DNA of 64,000 nucleotides from Synechococcus sp. (GCA_047285305.1 JBJBDL010000003.1:1856001-1920000); one strand, 5' to 3'. Shown: positions 51,501 through 62,529, counted from the first letter of the stretch. Program-made: numbers and translations. Notes: generated by a model not told the origin, from the letters alone.

Positions 51501-51708
51501 TCAGCCACCTTTCTGGTCACTGAAACCCTGGTGGTGCCAGCCCTGGTCCATCATTTCCACGGGCGTGCTGATCGTCGGCGGGTCCTGGGCGCTGCTGCAC
51601 CGGCCCTGGATCAGCATTCCCCTGGCCATGGGCGTGCTGACCTGGTGGCTGCTGTTTCTGGTGCTCGTGCCCGCCGCCTACCGGTCGGCAGCGGAACCGA
51701 ATCCATGA
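51478..51708 (+). CDS. Small membrane protein (DUF6737-like)
   Basis: FWSLKPWWCQPWSIISTG. Confidence 0.75.
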   Translation: MNSTPSADQPPFWSLKPWWCQPWSIISTGVLIVGGSWALLHRPWISIPLAMGVLTWWLLFLVLVPAAYRSAAEPNP

Positions 51709-51748
51709 CATCCTCGCCCTTTCTCCGCATGGATCCGCGGTCGATCGA

Positions 51749-52132
51749 TCATCCCGCCGCCAACTTGATGTCCCGCAAACGGGCATCAATCGATGCGAGG
51801 AGTTGCACTGCAAACATCGGCGTCTCCTGAACCGCAAACAGGAACTTGTCGCGGTTCATGGCAATCAAACGGCAATCACTGGTGGCCGTGGCGGTGCTCA
51901 GACGCTGATGGTCTTCCATCACCAAAGCCCCCGCGCCGAACACATGACCCACAGGGATGTCTTCATGTCCCTCATGGCCTGCTGAATCGATCCAGGTGAG
52001 CCGCACAGATCCCTCCAGCAGGCCAAACATGCAGGTGCCGGTTTCGCCCGTACGAAACAGCACGTCACGCTGCTTGAGATGAATGACTTCGGCCTTGCTG
52101 GCCAAAGCACGCATGGTGTCGAGCGCATGCAT
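51749..52132 (-). CDS. Stand-alone cyclic-nucleotide-binding domain protein
   Basis: LFRTGETG..LLEGSV..VFGAGAL..RLSTATA. Confidence 0.85.
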   Translation of the reverse strand: MHALDTMRALASKAEVIHLKQRDVLFRTGETGTCMFGLLEGSVRLTWIDSAGHEGHEDIPVGHVFGAGALVMEDHQRLSTATATSDCRLIAMNRDKFLFAVQETPMFAVQLLASIDARLRDIKLAAG

Positions 52133-52146
52133 GGAACCAGGGTGAC

Positions 52147-53319
52147 TCAGACAGAGGTCAGAGTCAGAGCTGCGCCAAAGCCTTGGCGCATATCCTCCTG
52201 AGAGATCAGGCCGTCGTGGTCCTGATCGAGAGCATCAAAGATGGCATCACTGCCGAGCCATTCATCACGGGTGATCGAGCCATCGCCGTTCATGTCGTTG
52301 AGCATGAAGATCTCGGAAACGGCATGGCGAAAGGCGGATCCACCCTCCAGTTCAGCCAGACGATGAGCCAGTTGATGCTCCAGCGTTTCAATGGCTTTGC
52401 TGAAGCCCTTAATGCCCTCGGTGAGTTTGTCGCTGGCCATCCGATCGTCCTGCATCAGTGCATCAAAGGTGGCGCGATCCACGTGGATCTTGGCTTCGCC
52501 ATTATTGGAATGGGTGGCATTCAATTTCTGGGTCAGCACAGCATCAGTCTCACGGAGCTGATCCAACAACTTCGGTGAAATCGTAAGCAGATCGCAACCG
52601 GCCAACTCTTTGATCTCATCGATGTTGCGGAAGCTCGCCCCCATCACCTCCGTGCCGTAGCCGTGAGCCTTGTAGTACTTGAAAATCTTGGTCACTGAAA
52701 TCACACCCGGGTCCTCAGGTCCGGGGTATGAGTCGCGGCCGGTTTCAGCCTTGTACCAATCCAGGATGCGCCCCACGAAGGGGGAGATCAGAGTGACGCC
52801 TGCTTCAGCACAGGCAACTGCCTGACCGAAACCAAAGAGCAGAGTGAGGTTGCAGTGAATCCCCTCTTTCTCCAGCACCTCGGCGGCTTTTATGCCTTCC
52901 CAGGTGGAGGCGATTTTGATCAGAACGCGATCGTTGCTGATGCCGGCATCGTTGTACAGACGAATCAGCTTGCGCCCTTTTTCAATCGTGGCGTCGGTGT
53001 CAAAACTCAAACGAGCATCCACCTCAGTTGACACACGACGCGGAACAATCTTGAGGATCTCCTTGCCGAAGATCACACTGATCTCATCGAGAGCTTCCCG
53101 CACCACGTCTTCCACCGCTGCGTCGCTGCCCAACAACTTGCGCGATGACCGCAAAGCCTCATCAATCAGGCTCTGATAGGCCGGAATCTGTGCAGCAGCC
53201 AGGATCAACGACGGGTTGGTGGTGGCATCCCGAGGGGTGAACTTGCGGATCGCCTCCAGATCACCCGTGTCGGCAACGACCACGGTCATTTGTGAAAGCT
53301 GATCGAGCAGGCTTGCCAT
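52147..53319 (-). CDS. tal: Transaldolase with C-terminal EF-hands
   Basis: [33 protein letters not shown] and DQDHDGLI loops. Confidence 0.97.
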   Translation of the reverse strand: MASLLDQLSQMTVVVADTGDLEAIRKFTPRDATTNPSLILAAAQIPAYQSLIDEALRSSRKLLGSDAAVEDVVREALDEISVIFGKEILKIVPRRVSTEVDARLSFDTDATIEKGRKLIRLYNDAGISNDRVLIKIASTWEGIKAAEVLEKEGIHCNLTLLFGFGQAVACAEAGVTLISPFVGRILDWYKAETGRDSYPGPEDPGVISVTKIFKYYKAHGYGTEVMGASFRNIDEIKELAGCDLLTISPKLLDQLRETDAVLTQKLNATHSNNGEAKIHVDRATFDALMQDDRMASDKLTEGIKGFSKAIETLEHQLAHRLAELEGGSAFRHAVSEIFMLNDMNGDGSITRDEWLGSDAIFDALDQDHDGLISQEDMRQGFGAALTLTSV

Positions 53320-53367
53320 GATGTACGACGGCTCAATACCCGTAACGTAGCCGCGCTTTTTGATGCG

Positions 53368-55173
53368 TCAGCTGTTCAAAAGCTTGTTCAATTCAGCAGG
53401 TTTTGAGGGGGCGATGCGCTCCACAACCAGCAAGGCATCAATGATCTGTTTGGCGACTGGAACAGCCACGGTGGAGCCATAGGCGTGTTCACCTTGGGGC
53501 TCATCCACCACCACAAACACCACGTAACGGGGATCCTCAATCGGCAAGGTCGCCACAAAGCTGCAGATCTTTGCTCCTGGTAGATAGATCCCATTCAGGG
53601 CCTTCTGCGCCGTTCCTGTTTTGCCACCAATTCGGTAGCCGGGTGTTTTCACACCCTTGCCACTGCCCTGATCCACCACAGATTCCATCCACTGGAGCAC
53701 AGTGCGCGTGACCTTCGGGTTCAGTAACCGCTGACCACTGGGTGACGCCGCCGGAGCCAAGGCATCACCCGAGCGAAAGCCACGGGTGATGTGGGGACTG
53801 ATCAACTTGCCACCGTTGGCCAGCATCCCGTGCAGCTGCACCAGCTTGAGCGGTGTGAGCGAAAACCCCTGACCAAAGGCCGTCGTCGCAGGCTCGATCG
53901 GCTGACTAGTGAACTGCTTCTTGCTCTTGAGCTGACCAGCCACAGCTCCAGGGAGGTCGGTGTCGGGACGCTGATTGATACCGAGACGCTCCATCCAGTT
54001 CCAGTAGGCGTCGTCGTCAAGACGGCGCATGGCCTGGACCATGCCAACGTTGCTTGACACCTGGAGCACGGTGGCGAAATCCACCAAACCATGGGCTTTT
54101 TTGTCGTGGTTGTTGATCGGCCAACCACCGACCATCAGCTTGCCCACATCATTGACCCGATCTGTGGCCCGAATGGCGCCATCCTGGAGGGCCAGAGCCA
54201 GGTTGATCGGCTTGAACGTCGAGCCTGGTTCATAGAGATCCTGAACGGACCATTCACGAAACCGCCCCGCGGGGAAGTCCCAGTAACGGTTGGGGTCATA
54301 GGTGGGTGTCGATGCCAGCACCAACAATTCACCGTTGGTGGCATCCATCACGATTGCGGCGCCCTTCTGGGCTTTCCACTTGCCAACCTGCTCAGCAAGA
54401 GCTTTGAGTGCCACCTGCTGGAGCCTGGAATCCAACGTGAGCTGCAGGCGCAAATCATCGCCATAGAAGGCTCCCGGGGCGAGGTTGGCCGGTAATGGCG
54501 TTCCATCAGCGCCGCGACGGAGGTATCGGGTTTGCTCATGGCGAGCCAGATCCGCATCACGGCTCTGCTCCAGACCCGCTTGAGGTTGTCGCTCCGCATT
54601 GAGAAAGCCCACCACGTTGGCGAACAACGACGCCTGGGGGTACACCCGCTGGGGATAGGCCTCCAGATCCAGGCCGCTGATTCCAAGGGCCCGGATGCGA
54701 TCGGCCGTTTCCGGATCCAGCTCCTCAGCCAATTTGATCCCCGAGACCTGGGTTCCCATGGCCTTCAGCAGCGCAGGCGCAGGACGAGCCAAGGGATCGG
54801 CCAACACCGCCGCCACATCTTCAACAGGGCGAACGACGTTAGGGGCATCTCCCGGCATGTTGAAGTACCGGGGATGAGCCCAGAGCCGGAAACGCTTTTC
54901 ATCCATCGCGACCAAACGGCCGGTGCGATCGACGATCGGACGGCGTTGCCCCAAGGGTTGGGTGCGCTGGGTTTGCAGCTGACGGGCACGCTGCTCCAGG
55001 TCGGGGGCTTGCACCAACTGCAGCCAGGCCATGCGACCCACCAGCCCCAGCAAGCCTGCCGCCAGGATCCAGAAGATGATCCAAAGCCGCTTGGGGGGAA
55101 CCTGGGTCAGGGGAACGACCCGCGCGCGGGAGCGGCGCGAACGGATGGGTCGACGCCTTGACACCCGCGCCAT
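53368..55173 (-). CDS. ftsI: Class B penicillin-binding protein
   Basis: EPGSTFK, SSN, GKTGTAQK. Confidence 0.93.
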   Translation of the reverse strand: MARVSRRRPIRSRRSRARVVPLTQVPPKRLWIIFWILAAGLLGLVGRMAWLQLVQAPDLEQRARQLQTQRTQPLGQRRPIVDRTGRLVAMDEKRFRLWAHPRYFNMPGDAPNVVRPVEDVAAVLADPLARPAPALLKAMGTQVSGIKLAEELDPETADRIRALGISGLDLEAYPQRVYPQASLFANVVGFLNAERQPQAGLEQSRDADLARHEQTRYLRRGADGTPLPANLAPGAFYGDDLRLQLTLDSRLQQVALKALAEQVGKWKAQKGAAIVMDATNGELLVLASTPTYDPNRYWDFPAGRFREWSVQDLYEPGSTFKPINLALALQDGAIRATDRVNDVGKLMVGGWPINNHDKKAHGLVDFATVLQVSSNVGMVQAMRRLDDDAYWNWMERLGINQRPDTDLPGAVAGQLKSKKQFTSQPIEPATTAFGQGFSLTPLKLVQLHGMLANGGKLISPHITRGFRSGDALAPAASPSGQRLLNPKVTRTVLQWMESVVDQGSGKGVKTPGYRIGGKTGTAQKALNGIYLPGAKICSFVATLPIEDPRYVVFVVVDEPQGEHAYGSTVAVPVAKQIIDALLVVERIAPSKPAELNKLLNS

Positions 55174-55610
55174 CAGTACCCCGCCCGGATGGGCTGATTC
55201 CCAAGGGCCTGGAGCGATGCCATGGGAGAGGAGGCGGAGGCCTGCAACGAGCCCAGATCAGGGCGATCAAGATGCACCAGATTGGCCACCTGCGTTGGCA
55301 CCAGGCGGTTGGGCTGCTGAGAACGCAGCAACAGATGCTGTTCCATCACAGCGGTTGATTCCGTCAACCGGTGAGCCTGGGTGCGGGTTGCCTCCAGGAG
55401 GCGGAAGGCCACAGTCCAGCGATGCTGCCAATGCAGCGTGAGACCAGCCAGAACGGCAACTGCCGCAATCAAACCCAGCAGAGTGCCGTCCATCAAGCGA
55501 TGGAGCCCCCCAAGGAGAGGGGAGCGTCGTGCAATACGTCCGGAGGACAGTGACCCTTGAATCAGCTCGAAAGCCGTGGTCGATGCACGCTGTTCCGGAG
55601 CGGCAACCAC
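55173..55610 (-). CDS. FtsL-like bitopic protein
   Basis: TM plus coiled coil directly upstream of ftsI; ends in AGY. Confidence 0.65.
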   Translation of the reverse strand: MVAAPEQRASTTAFELIQGSLSSGRIARRSPLLGGLHRLMDGTLLGLIAAVAVLAGLTLHWQHRWTVAFRLLEATRTQAHRLTESTAVMEQHLLLRSQQPNRLVPTQVANLVHLDRPDLGSLQASASSPMASLQALGNQPIRAGY

Positions 55611-55664
55611 CGGTATCACGGGCGAATAGGCCAGTGAACCACCTGCAGAAAGGCGGGGCAAGGT

Positions 55665-56927
55665 TCAGAGCAGCAGCAGGTTCAGGAACGTCACGGCATT
55701 CCAGAGCCCATGCATCAGCACCGAGGGCCACAGGCGTCCGCTGCGCAGCCGCACTAAACCAAGCCCAACCCCCAACACCGTCAGCGGCGCCAACTCGCCA
55801 ACACTGATGTGAGCCATGGCAAACAACAGGCCACTGAGCAAGACCCCCGGGAGGGGCCCGAGTCGGGTCGCCAACACCGGCAGCAAAGCACCGCGGAAAA
55901 TCGTCTCCTCGAACAGCGGGGCCAGCACAACCGCAGTGAGAGCAAGCAAGGCCAGGGCAAGCGGATCACGGCTTCCGAGCACCAACTCCAACAGCGGATT
56001 GCTGCCCCCGGGATCACCGACCAGGCGCACGAGCAACCACCCCGTAAGCATCACCACCGGCGTCACCATCAACCAGCCCGCCAGTGCATCCCTCAGAGCT
56101 GAAAGCAGCGGACGCACGCGCCACTGCATCCATCCCCCAGGGGGTGCACTCTCCCTGGACAACGAACGGAGTTGCCGCCAAAGGATCAGCAGGCTCGGCA
56201 GGGCCATCACGCCGTAGTTGATCACCACACTCACGGCTTCACGACGAGGGCTGCCCAGCCCCGACGTCAGTGCACCCACCAACGGAATCGCCACCAGCGG
56301 TACGCCAACAGCACTGATCACCACAAAGCCACCGGCCACCAGCAGGGCCATATCAACCAGGGTCAGCTCCGGCCCCTGAACATCGGGCCAGGCCATCAGC
56401 TGACCTCGCAGCAGGCGCCAGGCCTGAACGAGCAGCAACAGTCCACCGAGCAGGGCCGTCACCAAGGGCAGCACCGTGCTGAGGGCCAAACGGAACGCCG
56501 CTTGGCCCGCGGCTGCAGCATCGACGCAGAGCATCGGATCAGAGGCACCCGCTTCGCAATGCAGCTGCTGGAGCAATGGGTCGTCGTCTTGGCGTTCTAG
56601 CTCCGCTGATGCGGAACCTTGGCCCTGCAACAACAGGAGCATCTGTTGCTGTCGCTCATTGCGCTCCTCTTTGCTGATTCCCTCCAGGGCCTTGAGCAGC
56701 GCATCCCGCGGCGACTCTCCCAGGAAAGCGTCCTGCAACGGGGGCGGCACCGCTGTTTCAGCAAGAAGCGTCAGCTCCTGCTGCTGAAGGCTCAGGGCCG
56801 GTGCCACTGAAGGTCGCGAGAGGCTGTCCATCAAGCCCGACAACCAGATGAAACCGGCCAAAGCCAGGGACAAGGCCGCCAGAAGTCCCTTCCTGCGCGG
56901 GGAAACCGGGTATGGGGAACTGGGCAC
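55665..56927 (-). CDS. CPBP (CAAX/Abi) intramembrane protease
   Basis: EETIFRG, FAMAH, HGLWN. Confidence 0.92.
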   Translation of the reverse strand: MPSSPYPVSPRRKGLLAALSLALAGFIWLSGLMDSLSRPSVAPALSLQQQELTLLAETAVPPPLQDAFLGESPRDALLKALEGISKEERNERQQQMLLLLQGQGSASAELERQDDDPLLQQLHCEAGASDPMLCVDAAAAGQAAFRLALSTVLPLVTALLGGLLLLVQAWRLLRGQLMAWPDVQGPELTLVDMALLVAGGFVVISAVGVPLVAIPLVGALTSGLGSPRREAVSVVINYGVMALPSLLILWRQLRSLSRESAPPGGWMQWRVRPLLSALRDALAGWLMVTPVVMLTGWLLVRLVGDPGGSNPLLELVLGSRDPLALALLALTAVVLAPLFEETIFRGALLPVLATRLGPLPGVLLSGLLFAMAHISVGELAPLTVLGVGLGLVRLRSGRLWPSVLMHGLWNAVTFLNLLLL

Positions 56928-57003
56928 CAGCGGGCTTCAACTGCCCACGATTGTCCCCCCGAAGGGCCGCTTCCATACGATGGCCGCGCCCTGACGCTGA
57001 ACC

Positions 57004-58332
57004 GTGCCCCTTCGTCTTCTTCTGGTCCGCCACGGTCTCAGCAGTTTCAACAAGGAACGGCGGATCCAGGGCCGCGATGATCTCTCGAACCTCAGCGAGG
57101 AGGGGCATGAGCAAGCCCGGGCCCTGGGACGCTCGCTTCAGGACGTGAGCATCCAAGCCATCTACAGCTCTCCTTTGCAGCGGGCGGCCGCGACGACGGC
57201 GAGCCTGCTGGAGACCCAAGGCGGCCAGACACCAGATCCCGTCTTCGATGACGGACTGCTGGAAGTGGATCTTGAGCCCTGGTCCGGCCAGACCATCGAC
57301 GAGCTGATGCAAGCCTCAACAGAGGCCTACAAGATCTGGAAGCAGCGGCCCATGGAGCTGGAGCTCCAGCGTCTTGATGGTTCGAGCTACAAGCCACTGC
57401 CCGAGCTGATGGGACAGGCGCGTGGCTTCATCAGCAAGCTATTGGAGCGCCATCCCGCCAACGGTAACGACACGGTGCTGATCGTGGCCCACAACGCCAT
57501 CCTGCGCTGCCTCATGCTGGTGTTACTTGAGGAACCCGACAACGGCTTCCGGCGTCTCCGCGTCGACAACACCTCCCTTTCGGTCTTCAACATCCGGCCA
57601 GGAGAAAACGGCCCACAGGTGCAGATCGAATGCCTGAACAGCACCACGCACCTGCAACCGCTGCCGGAGAAGGGCAAAAACGCCAGGCTGATTTTGGTGC
57701 GACACGGCGAAACCGACTGGAACAAAGCCGGGCGCTTCCAAGGGAAGATAGATATTCCGCTGAATGAGAACGGTCGCCGTCAAGCCGCGGCTGCCCGCGA
57801 TTTCCTCAAAGACATCCCCATCGATCGAGCCTGGAGCAGCACGCTGTCGCGTCCAACCGAAACGGCCCAGATCATTCTCGAGGCGCATCCCGATGTACCC
57901 CTGACCCAGATCGACGGACTGGTGGAGATCGGACACGGCGTCTGGGAAGGCAAGCTCGAATCCGAAATCAGAGAGGACTGGTCGGAGCTGCTGGACACCT
58001 GGAAACGGGCTCCGGAAACCGTGCAGATGCCCGAGGGGGAAACCATCCAGGACGTGTGGGCACGTTCCGTCCGAAGCTGGGGAGAGATCGCTGACGAGCT
58101 GAAGTCTGAGGAAACGGTCCTGGTGGTAGCCCACGACGCCGTCAACAAAACGATCCTCTGCGATCTGTTGGGGCTGACCCCGGCCGACATCTGGGCCGTC
58201 AAACAAGGCAACGGTGGTGTCACGGTGGTCGACATCGCCGCCAATCCAGGCCAGCCTGCAGTTGTGACCTGCCTCAACCTCACCTCCCATTTCGGAAGCG
58301 TGATCGACCGCACGGCAGCAGGTGCTCTCTGA
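57004..58332 (+). CDS. Tandem-domain histidine phosphatase
   Basis: Two RHG motifs (LVRHGLS, LVRHGET). Confidence 0.92.
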   Translation: MPLRLLLVRHGLSSFNKERRIQGRDDLSNLSEEGHEQARALGRSLQDVSIQAIYSSPLQRAAATTASLLETQGGQTPDPVFDDGLLEVDLEPWSGQTIDELMQASTEAYKIWKQRPMELELQRLDGSSYKPLPELMGQARGFISKLLERHPANGNDTVLIVAHNAILRCLMLVLLEEPDNGFRRLRVDNTSLSVFNIRPGENGPQVQIECLNSTTHLQPLPEKGKNARLILVRHGETDWNKAGRFQGKIDIPLNENGRRQAAAARDFLKDIPIDRAWSSTLSRPTETAQIILEAHPDVPLTQIDGLVEIGHGVWEGKLESEIREDWSELLDTWKRAPETVQMPEGETIQDVWARSVRSWGEIADELKSEETVLVVAHDAVNKTILCDLLGLTPADIWAVKQGNGGVTVVDIAANPGQPAVVTCLNLTSHFGSVIDRTAAGAL

Positions 58333-58336
58333 CGTC

Positions 58337-59602
58337 ATGAACGACACCTTGCTGCTGGATCCGGTGCGCGTCCTGCGTGGCCCCGGACATTCAGTTCAGC
58401 TCGGTGCAGTCCTGATCAATCAGGGAGTGCTCGTCGGCTTTGACGACGAGGCCCGGCAGCAGGCCCTCGGCCTGGGTATCAAGGCCAGCCCAGCACCGGA
58501 TCAACTGGTCGCCCCCTGCATGGTGGATCCCCATTCCATCCTTGAGACCCCCTTCAGCGGGGATCAAGAAACAGCCGTGAGCCTGCGACACTGTGCCGCC
58601 GCAGGGGGCTATGGCCAGATTGGCCTGCTTCCCCGCAGCAGCAGCTGGCGCGATTGTCCGGAACGGCTCCGGGGATTCAGCCTCGATCAGGATCAAACAG
58701 CAACGGTTCGTCTGCACCTTTGGGGAGGCTTCAGACGCGGCGGCAAGGTGGATGAACTCGCCCCCCACGGCGATCTTCTCGAACACGGTGCCATCGGACT
58801 GGCGGATGATGACGCCATGGTTCCAACCCCGTTGCTGGAACGGGGACTGCTGCTCGGAGAGATGGGTGGATGCCCAGTGCTCGTGGCACCCCGGGATCCC
58901 GCGCTGCAGGGGGAGGGGCTGGTGCGGGAAGGCGTGGAGACGCTGCGGGCCGGGTGGCCAGCGGATCCGATCACCAGCGAGACCGTTCCCCTCAGCCAGT
59001 TGCTGCTGCTGCATCAACGCCATCCAGAACGACAGCTGCGGCTGATGAACCTCTCAACAGCCGCAGCGGTGCAGCAGATTTCAGGCTGCGAGTTCCCGCC
59101 CCTTAGCAGCGTGAGCTGGTGGCATCTTCTGACCGACCGCAGCATGCTGGCCAGCAACGATCCGGGCTGGCGCGTCTGCCCCTCCCTCGGTGGCCCGGAC
59201 GATCGCGAGCAGTTGATCCAGGCCGTTCAGCAGCGAACGATCACCGCCGTGGCTGTGCATGCTGTTCCTCTAGATGCTGAGGACATGCTGTTGCCGGGTG
59301 ACCAGCGCCCCGCAGGCCTCAGCGGCCACCATGTGGTGCTTGCTGCGCTGTGGAATGCCCTGGTGCGGCCGGGCCGCTGGACCGCGGAAGATCTTTGGCA
59401 GGCCCTCAGCTTTGGGCCGTCGGCCCTGATCGACCAGCCCCCTGAACAGCTTGAGCAGGGCAGCAGGCGCTGGCTGCTGTTCGATCCCAATGAACGCTGG
59501 ACCATCAGCAGCAACAACCCCGGGGCACCGCGTGCCGCCAACATTCCCTGGCTGGGCCGCGAGCTTCAAGGACGCGTTGTGGCCTGTGGCCTCAGTTGCT
59601 GA
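58337..59602 (+). CDS. Dihydroorotase-like protein (probably non-catalytic)
   Basis: VDPHS, AAAGGY, PWLGRELQGRV; HxH motif incomplete. Confidence 0.82.
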   Translation: MNDTLLLDPVRVLRGPGHSVQLGAVLINQGVLVGFDDEARQQALGLGIKASPAPDQLVAPCMVDPHSILETPFSGDQETAVSLRHCAAAGGYGQIGLLPRSSSWRDCPERLRGFSLDQDQTATVRLHLWGGFRRGGKVDELAPHGDLLEHGAIGLADDDAMVPTPLLERGLLLGEMGGCPVLVAPRDPALQGEGLVREGVETLRAGWPADPITSETVPLSQLLLLHQRHPERQLRLMNLSTAAAVQQISGCEFPPLSSVSWWHLLTDRSMLASNDPGWRVCPSLGGPDDREQLIQAVQQRTITAVAVHAVPLDAEDMLLPGDQRPAGLSGHHVVLAALWNALVRPGRWTAEDLWQALSFGPSALIDQPPEQLEQGSRRWLLFDPNERWTISSNNPGAPRAANIPWLGRELQGRVVACGLSC

Positions 59603-60284
59603 GCGAACCGATACGCGAAGGGGGCCAGAAGCGGAAGACGGCACGGCCAATTATCTGATCGTCTGGCAAAAACGGACCGCCTGGCCAACGACGGGCGTCC
59701 TGGCTGTTGCGGCGGTTGTCGCCCAAGACAACAACGTTGCCTTCGGGGACCACGGCATAAAGGCCCTTGCAGCCAATCATTCCGTCGCGATCGGAGCAGA
59801 AGTTGGTGACGTAAGGCTCGTTGAAGGCCGTGCCGTTGATGCTCACGGCACCAAGGCTGTTCACCTCAACGACATCACCAGGGACACCCACCACCCGTTT
59901 GATCCAGGCCTCACATTCGGGATAACGCTGCAACAACACACGATCCACAACCCAGCTGATGCCCGGGAAGGTGACGATGCCGCACTTCAGTGGATTGGGT
60001 TGCCCCCCATCCAATTTCCAGACGGGATCAAAGGCACTGGGGGAATTGAACACAACGATTTCTCCCCGCTGAGGAGGTCGGGTGCGGTAGGACAGCTTCT
60101 CGACGATCAACTTGTCGCCCACCTGAAGACCCGGAAGCATTGATCCCGAAGGGATGTATCGGGCTTCAAAGGCGAACTGCCGAAGCAGGAGATAGAGCGA
60201 AACCGTGAACAGAAAAGGGGCCCAGAATTCCCAGATCGCGCTCACTCTGCCCTTCACATCGGAAGGTTCTCTCTCCGCGTTCAA
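59592..60284 (-). CDS. lepB: Signal peptidase I
   Basis: IPSGSMLPGL, IKRVVG, LGDNRRNSQD; start uncertain. Confidence 0.93.
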   Translation of the reverse strand: MNAEREPSDVKGRVSAIWEFWAPFLFTVSLYLLLRQFAFEARYIPSGSMLPGLQVGDKLIVEKLSYRTRPPQRGEIVVFNSPSAFDPVWKLDGGQPNPLKCGIVTFPGISWVVDRVLLQRYPECEAWIKRVVGVPGDVVEVNSLGAVSINGTAFNEPYVTNFCSDRDGMIGCKGLYAVVPEGNVVVLGDNRRNSQDARRWPGGPFLPDDQIIGRAVFRFWPPSRIGSLSN

Positions 60285-60335
60285 TGTGGGCAGGCTCAAT
60301 CTTTGGGCCCACGATAGGGGGAGCCTGCAGGCCCC

Positions 60336-61841
60336 ATGATCCGTCCACGCTGGCAAGCCCTCAAGCCCCAATACGGCCTGTTCAGCTGGCGCCGGTGGGA
60401 CCAGGCCATTGCTGTCATCGCCGCAGTGAATCTCACCTGGGTCGCCATCGACCTCACCTACATCCCCCTGCGCAACTTCTGGCTGCAACGCAATCTTTAT
60501 CCGGTGCCATCGCTTCCCCTGGTGGTTCCCCTGCCCTGGCTGCCGGACATCACCCCATGGCTGGATCCCCTCAAAGGCATCGAACCCCATCGCGACACCG
60601 AGGCTTACCTCAAGGCCTACACCGCCCTGGATAGGGCCCTCCAGCAAAACGGCTCGCGCACGGCTGAGAGAACCGATCTGCTGCAGCACCAGGCGGTGCT
60701 CACCACAGCACTGATCGACAGCAACCCGTTCATCAGTTCAGGCCAAGCCGGCGCCCTTGAAAAATTCAAGAACCGACTGCGGGCTCGCACCGGCCTGGAA
60801 TCAGCCCGTGACTCCGCCAACCTTCTCCTGAGCCCCGAGCATCTGGAACGCTCCCCCTGGAGCCAAGAGCGTCAGTTCTGGAGCCAGCAGATCCTTCCGC
60901 TGGTGGAAAGCAACTACTGGCGAAGTATTGATGAAAACGGGCGCCCCAGCGATTTGAGCTGGCGCATCGACACGCCATTTCAACTGCTGTTTCTGCTCGA
61001 CATTCTTCTGCGGGCCTGGCGCCTGAAACAGCGCTATCCGGCGATCCGCTTGCGCGATGCCCTGTTACGCCGCTGGATCGACCTGCCCCTGCTGCTGCCG
61101 TTTGCGCGCTGGCTCAGGGTGGTTCCGGTCACAGAACGGCTTTGCGGCGCGGGCCTACTGCAACTCGAACCGCTTCGTGCCGTGATCAGCCGCGGCGTGG
61201 TGGCCCTATTGGCTGTGGAGCTGTTTGAAGTGATCGCCGTCAGGGTGGTCGATGCTCTGCAGCAACTGATCCGATCACCACAGCTGCCGGAGAGGGTTCG
61301 CGGACTCTGCAGCTACCAGAGCAGTGATCTGAACGATGAGCGGGAGGTGATCGAGCTGCTGCGGTTGTGGCTTCCCCTTCTGCTCACCCGCATTGGCCCG
61401 GCCATGCGACCGCAACTGCAAGCCGTGGTCAGCCATCTGGTCCAGCAGAGCTTGGACCGGAACGTGGTGCCGGATGCCCTGCGGAGGCTTCCTGGACTGC
61501 AAAACGCCGAATCGGAATTCAGCCGCCAGATGGGTGAAAGCATGGTGTCCTCCGTGCTCGACCTGTCCAAGGAAGCCGGAAACCGTATCGGTCAAAGGGA
61601 CCCTGTTCTGGAATCGCTTGGATCCGAGGCCTTGGATCGGCTCTGGGAAGAGCTGGCCCACACCCTGGAACAGGGGCCTGTCCTGAGCCGCAGCCAGGAT
61701 CTGCTGGTCGCACTCCTGGAAGAGATCAAACGCTCAAGCTTCCGTCAGATCCGCGACCAAGGCGATGTGGACGCCCTGATCAGCGAATTGGATGGCTTGA
61801 ACTTCAACCTTGGAATATCGACTCCCAAAGATCAGGCTTGA
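60336..61841 (+). CDS. Conserved cyanobacterial membrane protein
   Basis: DLTYIPLRNFWL, KGIEPHRDT, NYWRSIDENG. Confidence 0.85.
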   Translation: MIRPRWQALKPQYGLFSWRRWDQAIAVIAAVNLTWVAIDLTYIPLRNFWLQRNLYPVPSLPLVVPLPWLPDITPWLDPLKGIEPHRDTEAYLKAYTALDRALQQNGSRTAERTDLLQHQAVLTTALIDSNPFISSGQAGALEKFKNRLRARTGLESARDSANLLLSPEHLERSPWSQERQFWSQQILPLVESNYWRSIDENGRPSDLSWRIDTPFQLLFLLDILLRAWRLKQRYPAIRLRDALLRRWIDLPLLLPFARWLRVVPVTERLCGAGLLQLEPLRAVISRGVVALLAVELFEVIAVRVVDALQQLIRSPQLPERVRGLCSYQSSDLNDEREVIELLRLWLPLLLTRIGPAMRPQLQAVVSHLVQQSLDRNVVPDALRRLPGLQNAESEFSRQMGESMVSSVLDLSKEAGNRIGQRDPVLESLGSEALDRLWEELAHTLEQGPVLSRSQDLLVALLEEIKRSSFRQIRDQGDVDALISELDGLNFNLGISTPKDQA

Positions 61842-62166
61842 AGCCGGTGAGGTACGTGGAGGAATTCACCTCCACAAACGGACGTTTGATCAATTTCCCA
61901 TCGGCAGCCAAGGCCTCGAGAGCCTCGTCATCTGTCAGAGCCTTAACTGCCGCCGCGCCCATGGCGCGATAGCTCTGGCCGCTGGTATTGAACAACAGCT
62001 TCCTGTCACCGAGAGATTGGTGAGCGGCTAACAACATCTTCTTGGACGGCGGAGTCGAGGTGATGTCGTGCACCTCATGGGCAATACCCCGCTCAGTTAG
62101 CCAGGCCAATGCCTTTCGACAGGTGCTGCAGCGGTTGTAGCTGTAGACCTGGAGAGTTCCGGCCAA
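61804..62166 (-). CDS. ArsC/Spx (YffB-like) family protein
   Basis: CSTCRKA, FNTSGQSYR, LIKRP. Confidence 0.88.
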   Translation of the reverse strand: MAGTLQVYSYNRCSTCRKALAWLTERGIAHEVHDITSTPPSKKMLLAAHQSLGDRKLLFNTSGQSYRAMGAAAVKALTDDEALEALAADGKLIKRPFVEVNSSTYLTGFKPDLWESIFQG

Positions 62167-62169
62167 GAC

Positions 62170-62529
62170 TCAGCGGCCGAACAGGGATTTGATCGCGCCA
62201 ACGAGGCTGTTGGAGCCTCGGCCCACGCCTTCAGCGGGACGGGTGCGAACGGTGACATCACCATTCACGGTGGTGCGGCAGCTCAGGCGGAAGTTGGCGG
62301 GACGATCGGCCAGGTAGACCTCTTCAACGTCGCTGCGGGGGGAAAGGTTGGCCTGCCCTTCAAGCACCTCCATCACGCAGGTGCCGCACTGACCAACACC
62401 ACTGCAGTTGTTGAGGTTGTTGAGACTCTTGTAGGGATTGACGCCTGCATCGAGTGCAGCCTTACGCAGATTTGCGCCCTCGATGCAGCCAACCTGCTGG
62501 CCTTCCTGCTCGAATCGGATGGTGGGCAC
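62170..62529 (-). CDS. [2Fe-2S] ferredoxin-like protein
   Basis: NCSGVGQCGTC, RLSC. Confidence 0.9.
   Translation of the reverse strand: MPTIRFEQEGQQVGCIEGANLRKAALDAGVNPYKSLNNLNNCSGVGQCGTCVMEVLEGQANLSPRSDVEEVYLADRPANFRLSCRTTVNGDVTVRTRPAEGVGRGSNSLVGAIKSLFGR

Noticed and set aside
52147..52330. EF-hands on transaldolase as a novelty
   Set aside because: Known feature of cyanobacterial transaldolases.
61804..62166. ArsC-family gene as part of the arsenic system
   Set aside because: Spx/YffB-type motif, in core context about 40 kb from arsJ; no evidence of linkage.
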